A stretch of DNA of 64,000 bases from the human T2T-CHM13v2.0 reference genome, Homo sapiens. The translations under genes were made by a program, and so were the position numbers. Below are positions 14,976 to 29,144 of the stretch, in pieces; positions within the stretch are counted from its first letter, which is position 1; the number at the start of each line of letters is the position of its first letter. The notes under the pieces are model-generated. The model did no database searches. It saw only the letters and a list, made by a program, of their open reading frames with translations, and had not been told where the DNA came from. The stretch lies in assembly GCF_009914755.1 (NCBI RefSeq), contig NC_060936.1; one strand, 5' to 3'.

Positions 14976-17900
14976 TCACAGTCAAAAACATGGATCCACC
15001 ATGGAACCTCTCAAGTGCTGCTGGGGTCCTGAAATGTTTGTCTCCCACCCCATCCGAGAACTTAGACTGTACTGACAGAAGTCACTGGCTACACAGGGAC
15101 CCGTGTTCATCCCAAAGTGAGGACAGCAGCTGGGTCTCAAGGCCTCTTTATTACACGAGATGCTAATGGGACTCATTAAAAGCTTCTCATTACCCAGCTA
15201 ATTACAGGGCTGTGTGGGCAAAGAACATGGGCCAGAACCCAGGGTTGGGAGCATTTGGTAGGATGAGGAGAGAAGTGGGAAGCTGTTTACATGCAAATGG
15301 CATGACTGGTTCATTCCTGTGAGGAGCCCAGGTGCTGTTCCTAATTGGTTCCATCCATCTCCCTCCTCCTCCTCTCCTAACCCCACCAATCTGGAGCTGA
15401 AGGCCCAAGCTGGGCAGGCTGGAGGGAGTTGGGTGTGTAAGAGGAGGAGGTGTTAAGCCAAGAGCTGAGGACTAAAAGCCTCCTGGGTCCAATCTCTGCA
15501 TCCACCCCTCTCCCCCACCAACCCACCCATCCCTGCTCCCAAGCCCTGGCACCAGGGAAGCAGGGCTTCAGCAAAGGTACACCATAAATAATGTCCTTTG
15601 ATGATGCAGCATCTCAAAGAGGATGGCAGGAGCCAAGGATGGTGGGGGAGCCGGGGCGGGGGGTGCGGGGAACAAGGGGATGGCAGGGAGAGTTGATCAC
15701 CCCTTGATCTCTGGGATTAGCAAAGACTTGAAAGAGCTAATGCTAGGCTATGTTGGAGAGGTGATGAGAGAGGGAGGTATTGGAGGGCTAGGACAGCCTG
15801 GGCTTCATTTTGCCTACAAATCATATGGAAATGACATGTAAAGTGGGTGTTGCAGCTATAGAGTCCCCAAGTGTTTTTTCTTGAACACCCACCCTTTATT
15901 TGAGCCACATCTCAGATGATGTCCCTGGCCTAGAGGAGCAGGGTACTTGGAGTCCAGGGTCCTTAGCAGCTCCTCCCCTGCAACTTCCCCTCTTTGCTGC
16001 TATGATGGGTTAGGGATGAGGCCAGGAAAAGGTGTGTACAGTTGTGCTGTGTTGAGACAGGTTAGTCAGCAATTCACTGAGGGCCAGAGGTGGAAGCAGA
16101 CCCTCTAGCTTGTACACACAAGATGGCCTGAATATATCCACCACATGCACAACTTGTGGACTCTCGCAAAATCCCAGAGGGGTACTGGCAAGGGGAGAGC
16201 AGGGCTAGGGTCATATGTGACACTGGGTGGAGATGCCAATGAAGAGTGGAAGGATGACAGCATTCTATGTCCTGCCATGTCCTGCAGCCAGGAGACAACT
16301 GGAGAAAACCCCACAGAGCAAGGAACAAGAGGCCCTCAGAGCCTGAGGAAGAAAAATGGACTAAGCCAGGAGGACTGAGCTAGAGCTGGTTTAAGCTGTG
16401 AGATGCTAGAATGGCTCCTCATGGGGTTAGGGGAATCCAGGATGGCTTGTGCCCCTCAGAGGCTGAAACAACCCAGACTCTCAGAGCGCTGAACTGGCTG
16501 AAGGGAGAGGGCTGGGAGAGAAGAGGCAGGGCTGGGGAGGGGAGGACTGGTAGCAGAACTCCAGCTTCTCCCACAGTGATGGAGCCAATTCCAACCCTGT
16601 AACACAGGTGGGGAAACTGAGTCCCTATTTGTTTCAGGGGATGAAAACACACACTCCTAGGCTCCAGAAAAGAGAGGCAGAGACAGGAAAGAAGAGGAGG
16701 AAGAGAGTGACAGAAGAGTAAAGGAGGAGGGGAGTGCCTGCCCTTCCTTGAACTCCAGTCCATCTACATGATGGGCACAGTGAGGACAGGGGTGAGGGCC
16801 CTAGCCCTTCCCCTCTCCCATCACCCCCAGCCCAGGGAGCTGACAGTGCCTTCAGCCCTGTGAAGGGAAATGCAGGATAGGGAGCGGCAGCTGCATGTTC
16901 TCCTGAAATTGCTTCTGAAAATGACCAGACACTTCACTGGGAAAGTGACGACAATTTGGGCCCTGGGAGCAGGAGATGAGATGGAGAGCGGGGGCGATGA
17001 GGCGCAGGTCACCACCCCACTCTCGGCCAGATAGGCTCTTCTCGGCCTGATTCTGAGAAGTCAAGGATGGGGGGAGCTGTTGGGGGCGGGAGAAGGCTGG
17101 CCAGAGCCTGAGCTACCCCTATTCTGAACAGAGCCACCCTCCTCCCAAACAAGGCAGGCTCTAGCCCCTCACCCGCCTGAAAACAGATGATTCCCCAGGT
17201 TCTATCTCAGCTCAAAGCAGGGTGTGCCAGAAGCACGTGGCTTGTGCTCAGACAGCAGATTAATCTGCAGGCAGGAAGAGAAGTTAATCAGTTCTCCCTG
17301 GCCAGCATGATAGCCGGCCGTGAGCTGCCTGCAGATGGAAGTCAGGTGGAGGGAGACCCCAGCCCCAAGGCATAGTGAGTTAAGGGAAGGAAGCGGGAAG
17401 AGGTAGGCAAGGTAGAGATCTTGAGAAGAGGAAGAGACAGCCAGAGACAAAAACAAAGGCAGACCCTGCTAAGCTCTCACAGACCACAGATCTAAATTTT
17501 ACTGTGACTACATGAGCAGCTTGTTCCCCAAAGGTAGAGGCCAGACAGAAGGTAGAGACAAGACAGACAAGACAGAATCTATGAGAAAATAGATATGAGG
17601 GGGAGTAGGAAAATATTTAAAGCATTTTACAAAATATTACATATTGATATTAGTCAGAGCTCACAGAAACAGGGACAATGAGATGGTGTGAGATAGTTGG
17701 GAGGGTGAGAAAAAGATAATGACAATGACGCAGGAAAAATAAAGGAAGAGGAGAGGAAAGGGCCAGGTTACAGGGATGGGAGGGTCTTGATGAGGGAGCC
17801 TCATCAAGTGAGTGATGTGAAGTGCCACCTGCTGCAGGCCCCAGCTGTGGGACAGAGACGAGCAAGATAACTGTTGGCAGCAGTTTGGCATCTCGGGTGT

Positions 17901-18389
17901 GTGAGAAGGAAGGGGGTGTCGGGGAGGCTGGTGTGATGGAGCCCTGTGCTGTGTGTGGGAGTAGAAGGGGTGATGGCGTTCCCAAGTACAGGAGACCCTG
18001 CATTCCCCAGCACCCCAGCATACATAAGCCCTCCAGCCTTGGGCTGCTTTTCAGGCTAAATCGCCAAAGGACCCCAGTTTCTGCCAAGACAGGGATGCTC
18101 ACTTCTTTCCTCCAGGGACACACTTAATGAATCAGTCCACTGGCCACCTGCGACCTGAGCCCCATCCTTAACTCCCCCCGCAGCCCCTCCACCCACCGCA
18201 GTCTCTCTAAACACCCCCCCAGAGCTCAGCCGGTCAAGGAGCCCGGAGACAATTTTCCTTCTTTTCCTTTCTTATTACCTCACTAGCTGGCTCCAAGGAG
18301 CTTGAGGAGGAAAAAGGGCATGGGGGCAGGGGTCTAAGTACACCTGGGTGAAAAGATAGGGGGAACAAGGACCCACCCACCCTGACTGA

Positions 18390-18624
18390 ACCTTTCCAAG
18401 CCACATGTTTTATTAGTGTGCAGAGAGGCTGCGGGTTGGAGGAAGCTACTTTTGGAGGAGAGAACAAGAAGGGTTTGGGACAAGGGTCCTCTTCAAGGGT
18501 AGTTTAATCCCCAAGCCATGCGCCACGATCAGAGGGGTTAGAGATCCTCCCACACAGGAGGGCAGAGGGGGATTAGTGCTGGTTCAGGAGGAAGCAACTG
18601 CCATCTCTGCATGGTGCCCCCTCC
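18390..18624 (-). other. MYO1A: MYO1A 3'UTR with AATAAA poly(A) signal at 18414-18409
   Basis: plus-strand TTTATT 18409-18414; cleavage position approximate. Confidence 0.8.
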
Positions 18625-18751
18625 TCACTGCACAGTCACCTCCAAGCAATGACTCCCCTTTTTTTTGTAGCGTAGCTTGCTGTTGTCACCACCTGCAGGG
18701 CCCTGGACGACCTTGACAGCCACACTGTTCTCCTTGAACCTCACTGAGAAC
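18625..18751 (-). CDS. MYO1A: MYO1A last coding exon (FSVRFKENS...CLEVTVQ*), TH1 tail
   Basis: TGA at 18627-18625; 27 coding exons sum to 3132 nt = 1043 aa + stop. Confidence 0.95.
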
Positions 18752-19001
18752 CTGGAGAGGGAACAGAAAACCAAGTCTAGTGCCCATCCCCTCACCCCGA
18801 CTCCCGCATTTCCATGATGGCCCCCCCATCATGCGAGTCAGAGGACTTGAGGCCCCAGAGAACCTGGGTGGGGGCCTGAGAAACACCTCCAAGCCCCGGC
18901 CTGCACTGCCCTACATGCTTCGCTTTCTGATCCTGGTCACGATGACCATCAGCCTGGCCATCTACCGTAAGCCGCCCCTCACCCCCAGTTCATGGCCTCA
19001 C

Positions 19002-19129
19002 TTCTCAGTCACGGTGACTGTAAGCTGCCTCTGCGTGGCATCCAGCACAGCCCGGTACATTTTGGTCAGCAGTTCAATCACATGCTCGCTGACCAGCAGG
19101 AAGTCCCCCTTGGAGCCCACCGATGACAT
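19002..19129 (-). CDS. MYO1A: MYO1A exon (MSSVGSKGDF...VTEK)
   Basis: 128 nt, AG/GT bounded. Confidence 0.95.
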
Positions 19130-19304
19130 CTTAGGAAGAGGGAAAAATAGCAGGAAAGGGATTCATTTTTTCTCTTCAGGAGCACCTGAGGGACATCAAA
19201 GGCCCAGAGCGAAAGGTCTGGTCCCCATCACCTCCAGCCTGCCCCAGCCCTGGGATGCATACCACCTTCTCCAGTCCAAGGCTTGCCCCACCCAGCTCTG
19301 ATAC

Positions 19305-19457
19305 CTCACTCAGATGCAAGCTAAAGAGCCCATCCTTGAGGCTGGTGACTGACACCCCAGCCACATTGTCTAGCCCAATGACAATTTTGGCCTGGGACTT
19401 CTTGGTGTCTGTGAGAATCACATGGCCCTTGGTCAGGAGGAGAATCCGAGAAGAAGT
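19305..19457 (-). CDS. MYO1A: MYO1A exon (TSSRILLLTK...LHLSE), PH-like TH1
   Basis: 153 nt, AG/GT bounded. Confidence 0.95.
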
Positions 19458-19609
19458 CTAGGGACGGAACAGGCAAGGGTGAGGAAAGGCAGGATTAATT
19501 GCCCCCACTCCACCTGGCAGGGCGCAAACACAGCCTGCCATCTGCTCTCCAGATGCCAGCCCACAGCTCTGCACTAGCTGCGGGAGGAGTTCAGCCTGCA
19601 GGCCCTTAC

Positions 19610-19742
19610 CTTGCCATTGCCACGATTGACCTTCTTCACGGCCTCTGCCATCAGAACAGGCCCCTCCTCCCCGCCTTTCAGCTTCTGCAGCTTGGGGTTC
19701 CCTTGCAGCCCAATGTAGTCACCACAGAATGGAATGGGGACA
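19610..19742 (-). CDS. MYO1A: MYO1A exon (VPIPFCGDY...NRGNGK)
   Basis: 133 nt, AG/GT bounded. Confidence 0.95.
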
Positions 19743-19869
19743 CTGAGAACACATGGGAGGTGTGCAGCGCGACAAGGCCCAGAGGCCTCTTCCCCACCCC
19801 CAGAGTTCCCATCCTAGTCCTCCCGGGCCCTTCCCCCACATCCACGTATCCTCTGTCAGTGTCCACAGA

Positions 19870-20040
19870 GCACAGTCCAGGACCAAGACATCAGCACCAC
19901 CTGGGGAGTTGTTAGAAAGGCAAATTTTGGTCCTCACCCCAAGACCTGCTGGATCAGAGACTCTGAGGAGGGACACAGCACCTGGGGGTGACAATCCTGC
20001 CAGGTGATTCTAAGGCACGCTCAAGTTTGAGAACTGCTGC
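19870..20040. mobile_element. MER5A-type DNA transposon
   Basis: CATCAGCACCACCTGG...GTTAGAA...CCAGGTGATTC...CAAGTTTGAGAACTGCTG. Confidence 0.65.
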
Positions 20041-20079
20041 GTGATGGAACTGGCTGTGCAGGGTCTGGGAGGCCCTCAC

Positions 20080-20186
20080 CTCTGGGGATATGAAGCCTTC
20101 TTGCCCTTGAACAGTTCACTGGCACAGAGCTTTTCCCTCAGGATCTCTACCTGCTTCGGGGACAGCTGATCCCGGAACCTCTTGCA
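20080..20186 (-). CDS. MYO1A: MYO1A exon (CKRFRDQL...SYPQS)
   Basis: 107 nt, AG/GT bounded. Confidence 0.95.
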
Positions 20187-20499
20187 CTGTGAGGAAGGAG
20201 GGACAGGAGCTAAAATCATAGAGTGGGAGGGCAGGGCTGGGGAGGGAGGTGAGAAATATTGACTAGAAGACACTAGGAGAGGAGAGAGACTGAGGAAAAA
20301 GGACAGGCACTAGACACCTCAGGGAGAGGCCGGGGCTGGAGGACCATTGAGGAGGAGTGCGAGAACTGAGGGAGGCTAGGGGAGGGAATGGACACCATCA
20401 AATAAAAGCACCAGGAGGGCTCTATGCTCAGCTCTCAGGGCAAGGCTTAGTCCCAGACAGGTGCTCAATAAGCATTTCCTGAATAAAAGAACAAATTAC

Positions 20500-20815
20500 T
20501 TTATGCTAAGTGAAATAAGCCAGACACAAAAGGACAAATATGATTCCCACTTATATGAGGCACTTGGAAAAGTGAAATTCATAGAAACAGAAAGTAGATT
20601 ATAAGATATCAGGGGCTAGGGGAATGGGAGAATAGGGGGTTATTGCTTAATGGGTACAGAGTTTCAGTTTGGGGTGATGAAAAACGCATATGGAGATGGA
20701 TGGCAGTGATGGCTGCAGAACAACATGAATGTCGCTCATGCCACTGAACTATACACTTAAACACCGTTAAAATGGTAGATTGTATGTTATGTATATTTTA
20801 CCACAATTTTTTTAA
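20500..20815 (+). mobile_element. Old L1M (L1MB-like) 3' end
   Basis: ATGCTAAGTGAAATAAGCCAGACACAAAAGGAC...TATTTTACCACAAT. Confidence 0.75.
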
Positions 20816-20909
20816 TGGGAAAAAAATAGAAGAGGGAGGCAAAAGAGGAAAATCAGGGGGAGGGAAAAAAAAGACGAAATGAGAGGAGGGGTGCCTGGGC
20901 TCCACTTGC

Positions 20910-21044
20910 CTTCCACTGGTAGAAGAGCTGCTGCAGCTCCTGATTTGCTGTGCTGAGGCACTTGTAGGGGGCGGCTGGCCATGTCTTGTCTAAGACGTTT
21001 GTGGATGGCAAATTGTTCTTCAGCCCCAGTAGGAATTTCTGTAC
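20910..21044 (-). CDS. MYO1A: MYO1A exon (VQKFLLGLKN...FYQWK), GC donor
   Basis: 135 nt; AAG|GCAAGT. Confidence 0.93.
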
Positions 21045-21522
21045 CTAGTTTGGGACCAGGGGGATTGGGAGTGGAGTGATAAGAAACACTTCCTGACAGG
21101 CAAACTGGCACCCAGATCCTGCCACTTCAAAGGAGGAAGTTAACCCACAGTGAGAAGCAAGGGGTGGAGCTGAAGAGATGGAAGGGAGTCACCTCTTGGA
21201 TCTTTTTCAGCAAGAGGTGCAGGCTTGAGGCCGGGAGGTAAGAGCATGAATAGGAGACTGGAGGGAGAGAACGATTAGTTCCAACCAAAGACCTGCTACC
21301 CAGGGCAGTGAGGTAAGAGGAACCAATATGAAAGCTGGTCTCAAAGTTTTGCTCCTGTAGCTTTCTATTCCTTCTGTTCACAATTGCCTACAGGTGGCAG
21401 CCACTGTCTGTGTCAGCTGTTGGCTAGGTACCAAATTTCCCCTCCTCTCAAATCAGTCAAGTCCAAACATGTCAGCCTCCATTCAAAGGAAGAAGGAGCA
21501 AATAAAGGAGCAAAGGAGAAAG

Positions 21523-21818
21523 AGCAAATGAATTCAGGGAGACAATGAAGAGGCCCAGAGCTTCAGAGCCCCCATTCCTCTCTTAAGCTGAGGGATCCAG
21601 ACCCTCGAACAACAAAGAGAGGCTGTAAGCAAATGTGTCTCATGTCTGAATGAGCAATAGTCAGGGTCCTAACCACGGTCAAAAATCCAATCAGCGGAGG
21701 TCAGTTACAATTTGCTCCAGCCTCTGTCCAAGATCCCATGCTCTTCCTCCTTCTCTCTGGCCTTTCCCAGGGTTTCACTGGAAGTGCTTTTCTCTCCTGG
21801 GTTTCCTCCCTGACACTT
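21523..21818 (+). repeat. ~300-bp intronic duplicon, copy 1
   Basis: Aligns directly with 25234-25532 (roughly 85-90% by eye). Confidence 0.9.
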
Positions 21819-22139
21819 AAGAGCCCAGCCTCATGTCGCAGGACCCCTGCATTCCCTGGGCACACCACCCGGACAGGACTCTTTCCCATGCCCCTACCCA
21901 GCCCATGCATGATCACTGTGTGCCTTAGCTCTCGATGCTCTCTTGACTCAACTCTGCCAACCTGGGAGATCAGCTCAAAGCCCTCCCTGATTCCCCAAGC
22001 CCCGGATTGCCTCTCCTTTCTTTGAAGCCCCATAGCAATTTGCCTACACTCGTCTTTGTACTACAGTTATTTGCATGGAAAACAGCTCCCTTTTCTAGAC
22101 ACTGAGTCCTTATAAGGCAGGATCCCAGGTCTCACATTT

Positions 22140-22730
<591 letters not shown>

Positions 22731-23217
22731 TTATTATTTTGAAAGTTTTTTTAACTTACAGAAAAGTTGAAAAAAGATACAATTAACATCTGTATACTGT
22801 ATGTTCCTCATCTAAATGCACCAACTGATAATGTTAACACCTTGCACTATCTGTGTGCTCTGACACACACACATATGTGTGCATATAAATACATGCATAT
22901 ACACATTTACACAAATCCTTGCTACCCTACCATCCTAAAGTAGGTTATAGATATCATGACATTTTACCCTAAAATGTCAGCATGCCTCTCCCAAGAACTG
23001 GAACATTCTCTTACACAATCATAACTCCATCACCACACCTAAGAAAATCAACATCACTCATCCAACAGCGATCCACTCTCAGATTTCTCTACATGTCCTT
23101 TATAAACTTCTAAACATGTCCTTTGAAGCTTTATTTTTCCTTTTCCAGGATCCAATCAAGCTTCATCCATGGCAACTGACTCTTTAGTCTGCCCCAATCT
23201 AGAACAAGGATTCTTAA

Positions 23218-23528
<311 letters not shown>

Positions 23529-24260
23529 AAGGTTTTACATCCCATAGAGCACCTAGCAACCTGTTTGTTTATGGCACAGAATTACTGAAGATATAAAAAA
23601 TGACTTGATTTTTGGCACTTCCAAATGTCTGGAATTTTTATGAAAAAGTTTTACTAAGATATCAGGTTAAAAAATTTAAATAGAAAGAGGCAGAATACAT
23701 AGTATATTGCTGTTAACTGCAGGAACTATCCAAGCTCATTGTAGCTTCCACTGCAGGTCTAGTGGGTTTGGTGGGTTTGGGATCTGGGCCTGTGAAGGCC
23801 TCCAAGACTGGAGTCCCCAGTCCCTAGTCTGATTTTATTTATTAATAATTCAACAAACATGCCTAAGCATCTGTCATAATCCCCTTTGTTCCAATTAATG
23901 TGGAGCCTCTGAAGGCTTTCTTCTTTTTATTGTTTGTTCTAGAACTAGAAAGTTCTGCCCTTTCCTATGCAGCCCTCCTGCCCCCAGGTCTGCCTAGGGC
24001 CATGGGTTGCCCAAGCCTCTATTGATGAGGGGCAGTCTTAGGCAGTGGTTAAAAGCTCTAGAGTCAAATAGTTTGTAACCCAGCTTTACCACTTACAGCT
24101 GTGGAACCCCCGGCAAGTTATTTAACCTCTCTGAGCCTTGGCTTTTTAACTACAAAATGGGAGAAAGAAAAGAGCCTACCTCACAGGGTTATTGAAAGTA
24201 TTAGAGTTAATGCATGTAAAGAGCTTAATGCATAGTAGATGTTCAAAAGATAATGGGTAA

Positions 24261-24926
<666 letters not shown>

Positions 24927-25233
24927 TCAGAAACACTGGGGGAATCAGTGCCCAGTGCCCGCAGGCTTCTGTGGGGGTGTGATTTATTGAGACCCTGGTC
25001 TAAACCCAGCAGCTTCTGGGTTGACAATTAGTAGCTGCCTGACAATACACAGATGAAAGAAAAGGAAGAAGAAGGGCAGTCAGGAGATAACAGCAAAATC
25101 AGATTACAGGTCTCAGGTGTGTAGCAAGAAGCATGTATGGTGGGAAGGCAGACACTCTGGCACCAGCACAAGAGGTGATCAGGCAACTGAAGAGACCTGG
25201 AAGATGGAACTTCCCTGGGAAGGGGAAGAGGAC

Positions 25234-25532
25234 GAGCAAATGAAGGCTCAGGAAGGCAAAAAAGAGGTCCAGAGCTTCAGAGCCCCCATTCCTCTCTTGA
25301 GCTGAGGGATCCAGACTCTCAAACAACAAAGAGGGGCTGCAAGCAAACATGTCTTATGTCTGAATGAGCACAGTCAGGGTCCTAACTATGGTCAAAAACC
25401 CAATCAGCGGAGGTCAATTACCAATTTGCTCCAGCCTCTGTCCAAGATCCCATGCTCTTCCTCCTTCTCTCTGGCCTTTCCCAAGGTTTCATTGGAAGTG
25501 CTTCTCCCTCCCTGGTTTCCTCCCTGACACTT
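25234..25532 (+). repeat. ~300-bp intronic duplicon, copy 2
   Basis: Aligns directly with 21523-21818. Confidence 0.9.
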
Positions 25533-26176
25533 CTCAGAAGCACTATTGCTATCTGACTGAAGTCTCCAGAAGTTACTCTTCTCTGTCCCTGTTTTTCTCC
25601 CCCTGGGAGCTGTCTGTAAGTTTGAATATGTAGGCCTTCCAGGTGGGTCTTCCCATCCAGCCTGACCCACGTCCTCCAGAATTAGGATAGGTCCTTCCTG
25701 AGATTTACTTTCTGACTTGCTGACAATAGTTTCAGAGGAAGTAGAAGGAAGATACAATTCGCCTACTCTCACCCCAACCCTAAAATGGATCTTGGGAGGT
25801 TGAGCTAGTTAATGTGTGGATCACTCTACTCTTCAATGAGGCTTAGCCTCTTCAACAGTTGTTAAACATCCAGCCCCAGGATCTTCACAAGGCTATTTGA
25901 CCATAGACCAGATGGTGGGTGTGCTGAGACCCCTTCCTGCCACAAGGTTGCCTGGATTGTCCACTCATGCCAAAATGCTATCTGATTCTGCCCCCGAGTC
26001 CAAGGCACTGGGGCCTGGTCCCTGCAGGTAGCTGCCCTCTTCTCCTAGGACTTAAGTACATGCAGACTGAGGAAACTCTTGGGGGAAAGCTTTGGGTTGC
26101 CTCTTCTCAAACCCCTCTCCCAAACCTGTGCCTCCCTGCTCCATCCCTAACATCCACCCTAACCCCTACCACTTAC

Positions 26177-26251
26177 CATGCTCTTGTAGATGAAATCTGC
26201 CAAGGTGAGGGCAGCCTCTGACCGGAAATATTTGCGATAATTCTTTCGGGC
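26177..26251 (-). CDS. MYO1A: MYO1A exon, IQ3 (ARKNYRKYFRSEAALTLADFIYKSM)
   Basis: 75 nt, AG/GT bounded. Confidence 0.95.
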
Positions 26252-26641
26252 CTGGCAGAAAAGTACAAGAAAGGAGCCAAAGTGAAGATAGGCAGATTCT
26301 AGAAGAGGTTGTACTATTTTTCAACCACGCAAAGACCTGAGTAAGATAAAGAGCTGAGACTGTAGCTGGAAGTTGGAAGTAAAATCAGACAAGTTGGCAG
26401 TGAGGACACTTAGAGCAGAAGGCAAAGTTCTGCTGCCAAGTTAGGCATCTACCCACCCAGACACCTCTACAGGTCTCCCCTACAGGCCTCTCACTCCCAG
26501 ACACCCACCCACACATGGACCGGCTGATACACAGAGGTGCGGCCTGGGTGCAGGCAGGACTAGCTCTCTGCTGCTCTAGCCAGCAGGTGACACAATCCAG
26601 GAGAAACAATGTGAGGAAACCTCTCTTCCACTCTCCATTAC

Positions 26642-26710
26642 CTTCCACCCTCTCACAAAAGCCTGGATCAATAACACGGATGCCTTTATCTTCCCATAGC
26701 ATTTCTTTTG
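26642..26710 (-). CDS. MYO1A: MYO1A exon, IQ (QKKCYGKIKASVLLIQAFVRGWK)
   Basis: 69 nt; IQxxxRGxx motif. Confidence 0.95.
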
Positions 26711-26811
26711 CTGTAGAAAACATAGGAGTTGTTAGAAAAATGGCACCTCCTGAGCCACCTTCCATCTTCCCTATTAGAGTGAACAGAGTGGGACTTTGGG
26801 GATGACCGTAC

Positions 26812-26961
26812 CATGTTTCCCCGAAACCAAGAGGAGATGAGGATCTGACTCTTTCGCATCAGTTGGTAGTGGGTGCGGCAGCGCCAGCCTCGGTAAATCT
26901 TCTGTATGAGTGTGGCCAGCTGCTGGAGTCTCAGGCGCCTCTGTTCTTCGAGGTAGAAAAG
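26812..26961 (-). CDS. MYO1A: MYO1A exon, IQ1 (LFYLEEQRR...IQKIYRGW...FRGNM)
   Basis: 150 nt, AG/GT bounded. Confidence 0.96.
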
Positions 26962-27417
26962 CTGTGGAGAGGTGGAAGGGGGTGACAGAGAGACTGGCTC
27001 AGGGGAACAGTGCTGTCCTCTCCTATACCCCACAGTACTGAGGCTTCCCAGCCAGGCCTTATTTGATCATTCCTTTGTCTTCTTAGTTTGCTCATTTATT
27101 CATTCAGTAAACAAGTATCTACTTAACTCTAACTTTGTAGCAGGCAGTAAGCTAGAAGTTGATCACCCCAACCCTCAAGGGCTCTGCCTCAGGCAAAGGC
27201 ACTTAGAGCCATGCAGCACCAAGCTCCCCAGGCTCAGGGCAGTGTAGGAACCCAAGAGTTCAATTCCCAGGGATACGGTTCCTGCAGACAGGAAGCTTCC
27301 CATCCACTGGACAGTGATCCATTCCAGGTTATACACGCTCCCTCCCCCTCCAGCCTTTCTCAGGTGGGCTCTTCCACCTTCTACCCTCACCAAATGCTAA
27401 TGCACTCTCTAACTCAC

Positions 27418-27511
27418 AGTCTTGGGGCTTCTAATGAAGATCTTTGTCTTGCCAAAGGCCAGCTCCCCCGAGGACATGCTCAGCTCCCCCAGGACCTTCT
27501 CAACACCTTCC
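27418..27511 (-). CDS. MYO1A: MYO1A exon (EGVEKVL...FGKTKIFIRSPKT), converter
   Basis: 94 nt; GKTKIFIR myosin motif. Confidence 0.96.
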
Positions 27512-27738
27512 CTATGGAAGCAAATGACAGAAAGCTGCAGAGGGGTATCTCAGGAGAAAGTCCTCTTCCACCTTTCCCCTAATCCTTTCAGCCTCCAAGA
27601 AGTGATCATTCAATTCATTTCTCAAAGTATCCATTCACCCAGCTTCAGCAGATGTGCACTGCACCTCCAGGTCTCTTCCCCCAGAGATGTTTCCTGCACT
27701 GCCCTTTCCTGATGCCCAGTCTCCCCATGGGGTCTTAC

Positions 27739-27939
27739 CGGTCTCCCCCATTCCAGTGAGGCCAGGTGCTCCGGCTCAGCAATCGGTACCTTTCCAGGAA
27801 GGGCCCATAACCCTGGCGGTGGGCATAGCCTGCCCGTCGCACCCGTACGTTCTCCAGCAGTCCCAGGTACCGAGCCTGGGTTGCCACCAGGTCTGAAGAG
27901 AACTGACCTCGCTGCTGATGCTCATTGGGCTTTATGCAC
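27739..27939 (-). CDS. MYO1A: MYO1A exon (CIKPNE...YLGLLENVRVRRAGY...GGDR)
   Basis: 201 nt; SH1/SH2 helix motif. Confidence 0.96.
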
Positions 27940-28281
27940 CTGGTGGGAGGTGGGGTAAGGCACAGCCTTCAGGAGCTGACATCATTGCCAGTGTAACCCA
28001 TCATATTCCCCTATGCTGCACACGGTGCACTTCACTGAAAAGTTTCAAAGAAAGTAGACACACTGGCCTCCCCAGTTTCACTCACTTCTATGTATTCCCT
28101 ATCGAATCTGATGCTCTCCCCCTGTGGGACTCTCAGCTCCTTATCTGACTGTTTTCTGTGAGGAAAGGACCTCTGACATCCTTATTCCAGAAGCACCCCC
28201 ACATGGACGTGTTCTACAGCGCATGGACCCTGCACGTGCCATCACATATGTAGCATGTTCCCCTGCATGCCAGCATGTCAC

Positions 28282-28508
28282 CTGATGTAGTTGGGGCTCT
28301 TGGAATACAGATTCTTCATGAGGATGGCCACAGAACTCTTGAACTGGGCCCCAGCAGTCGGGGGGCGTTTGAGAGATGCCTGCTTAGGATTGCCCTCAGG
28401 AAACAAGGACCGAAGGAGGGGGTGCTGGGCCTTCCACATGGCCTGCAACAGGTCTCGGAAGAGTAGGTCATTATTCTTGTCAATAAAGCTGGTCACGTTG
28501 TATGTCAC
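28282..28508 (-). CDS. MYO1A: MYO1A exon (VTYNVTSFIDKN...SPNYIR)
   Basis: 227 nt, AG/GT bounded. Confidence 0.96.
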
Positions 28509-28678
28509 CTGTAAAGGAGCAGCTATTGGTTTGGAGACCCCACAACCTTGTCCCAGCACTTGGCCCTCCCAGTCTCATTGTGAAGTATTCCAGACTCTCA
28601 CCTTCCCCGGGTTCCTCCCCCATTGACTTCAGTCTGGGCCTGAGCCCTAATCTCTGCCCTCCAGCCCTGCCATTTCAC

Positions 28679-28879
28679 CTTGCCCGCATAGTGGCAGATG
28701 CGGAAGCAGCTGAGGCCCATGGTGTGGTCATACTGACGCTGGGCATTCTGGGTGACTTTGCTCTCGTAGTGGCCATGCTTGGAGAAGAGCTGGTTCAGCT
28801 TTGCTAGGAAAGTGGAGTCACTGACCACCCCAGGCCGCAGGCACTCCTCATCCAACATGGCCAGGATACCTCGCTGATT
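28679..28879 (-). CDS. MYO1A: MYO1A exon (NQRGILAMLDEEC...HYAGK)
   Basis: 201 nt; LDEEC and HYAG motifs. Confidence 0.96.
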
Positions 28880-29081
28880 CTGGGCCGGGGGAACAAAAGA
28901 AGCCCAACCTAAATCTGGTCCTCCGAGATGTCCACGTTCTCATTGCTGCCCCCTTTCTCCACTCTTATCTTCTGCCCTCTTTACTGTCCCTACCAAGTGG
29001 GGAATCAGGGAGAGAGACAGGGGAAGGATGTTCAGGCAGTCTGGAAGGGGAAGTCCCACAGATAAGAGAATGACAACTCAC

Positions 29082-29144
29082 ATGCTCAATGAGCTTACAA
29101 ATGATGCCATTATCAAAGTAGTCCACCTTTGTCCACGGTATGCC
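29082..29144 (-). CDS. MYO1A: MYO1A exon (GIPWTKVDYFDNGIICKLIEH)
   Basis: 63 nt, AG/GT bounded. Confidence 0.95.

Noticed and set aside
17650-18123. 157-aa intergenic ORF
   Set aside because: Low-complexity Pro/Leu/Ser content, no homology recognised
18780-19301. 173-aa plus-strand ORF
   Set aside because: Antisense shadow of MYO1A exons in GC-rich DNA
21523-21818. Duplicated intronic snoRNA hypothesis for the 300-bp duplicon
   Set aside because: No convincing C/D (RUGAUGA/CUGA) or H/ACA architecture on the transcribed strand by eye
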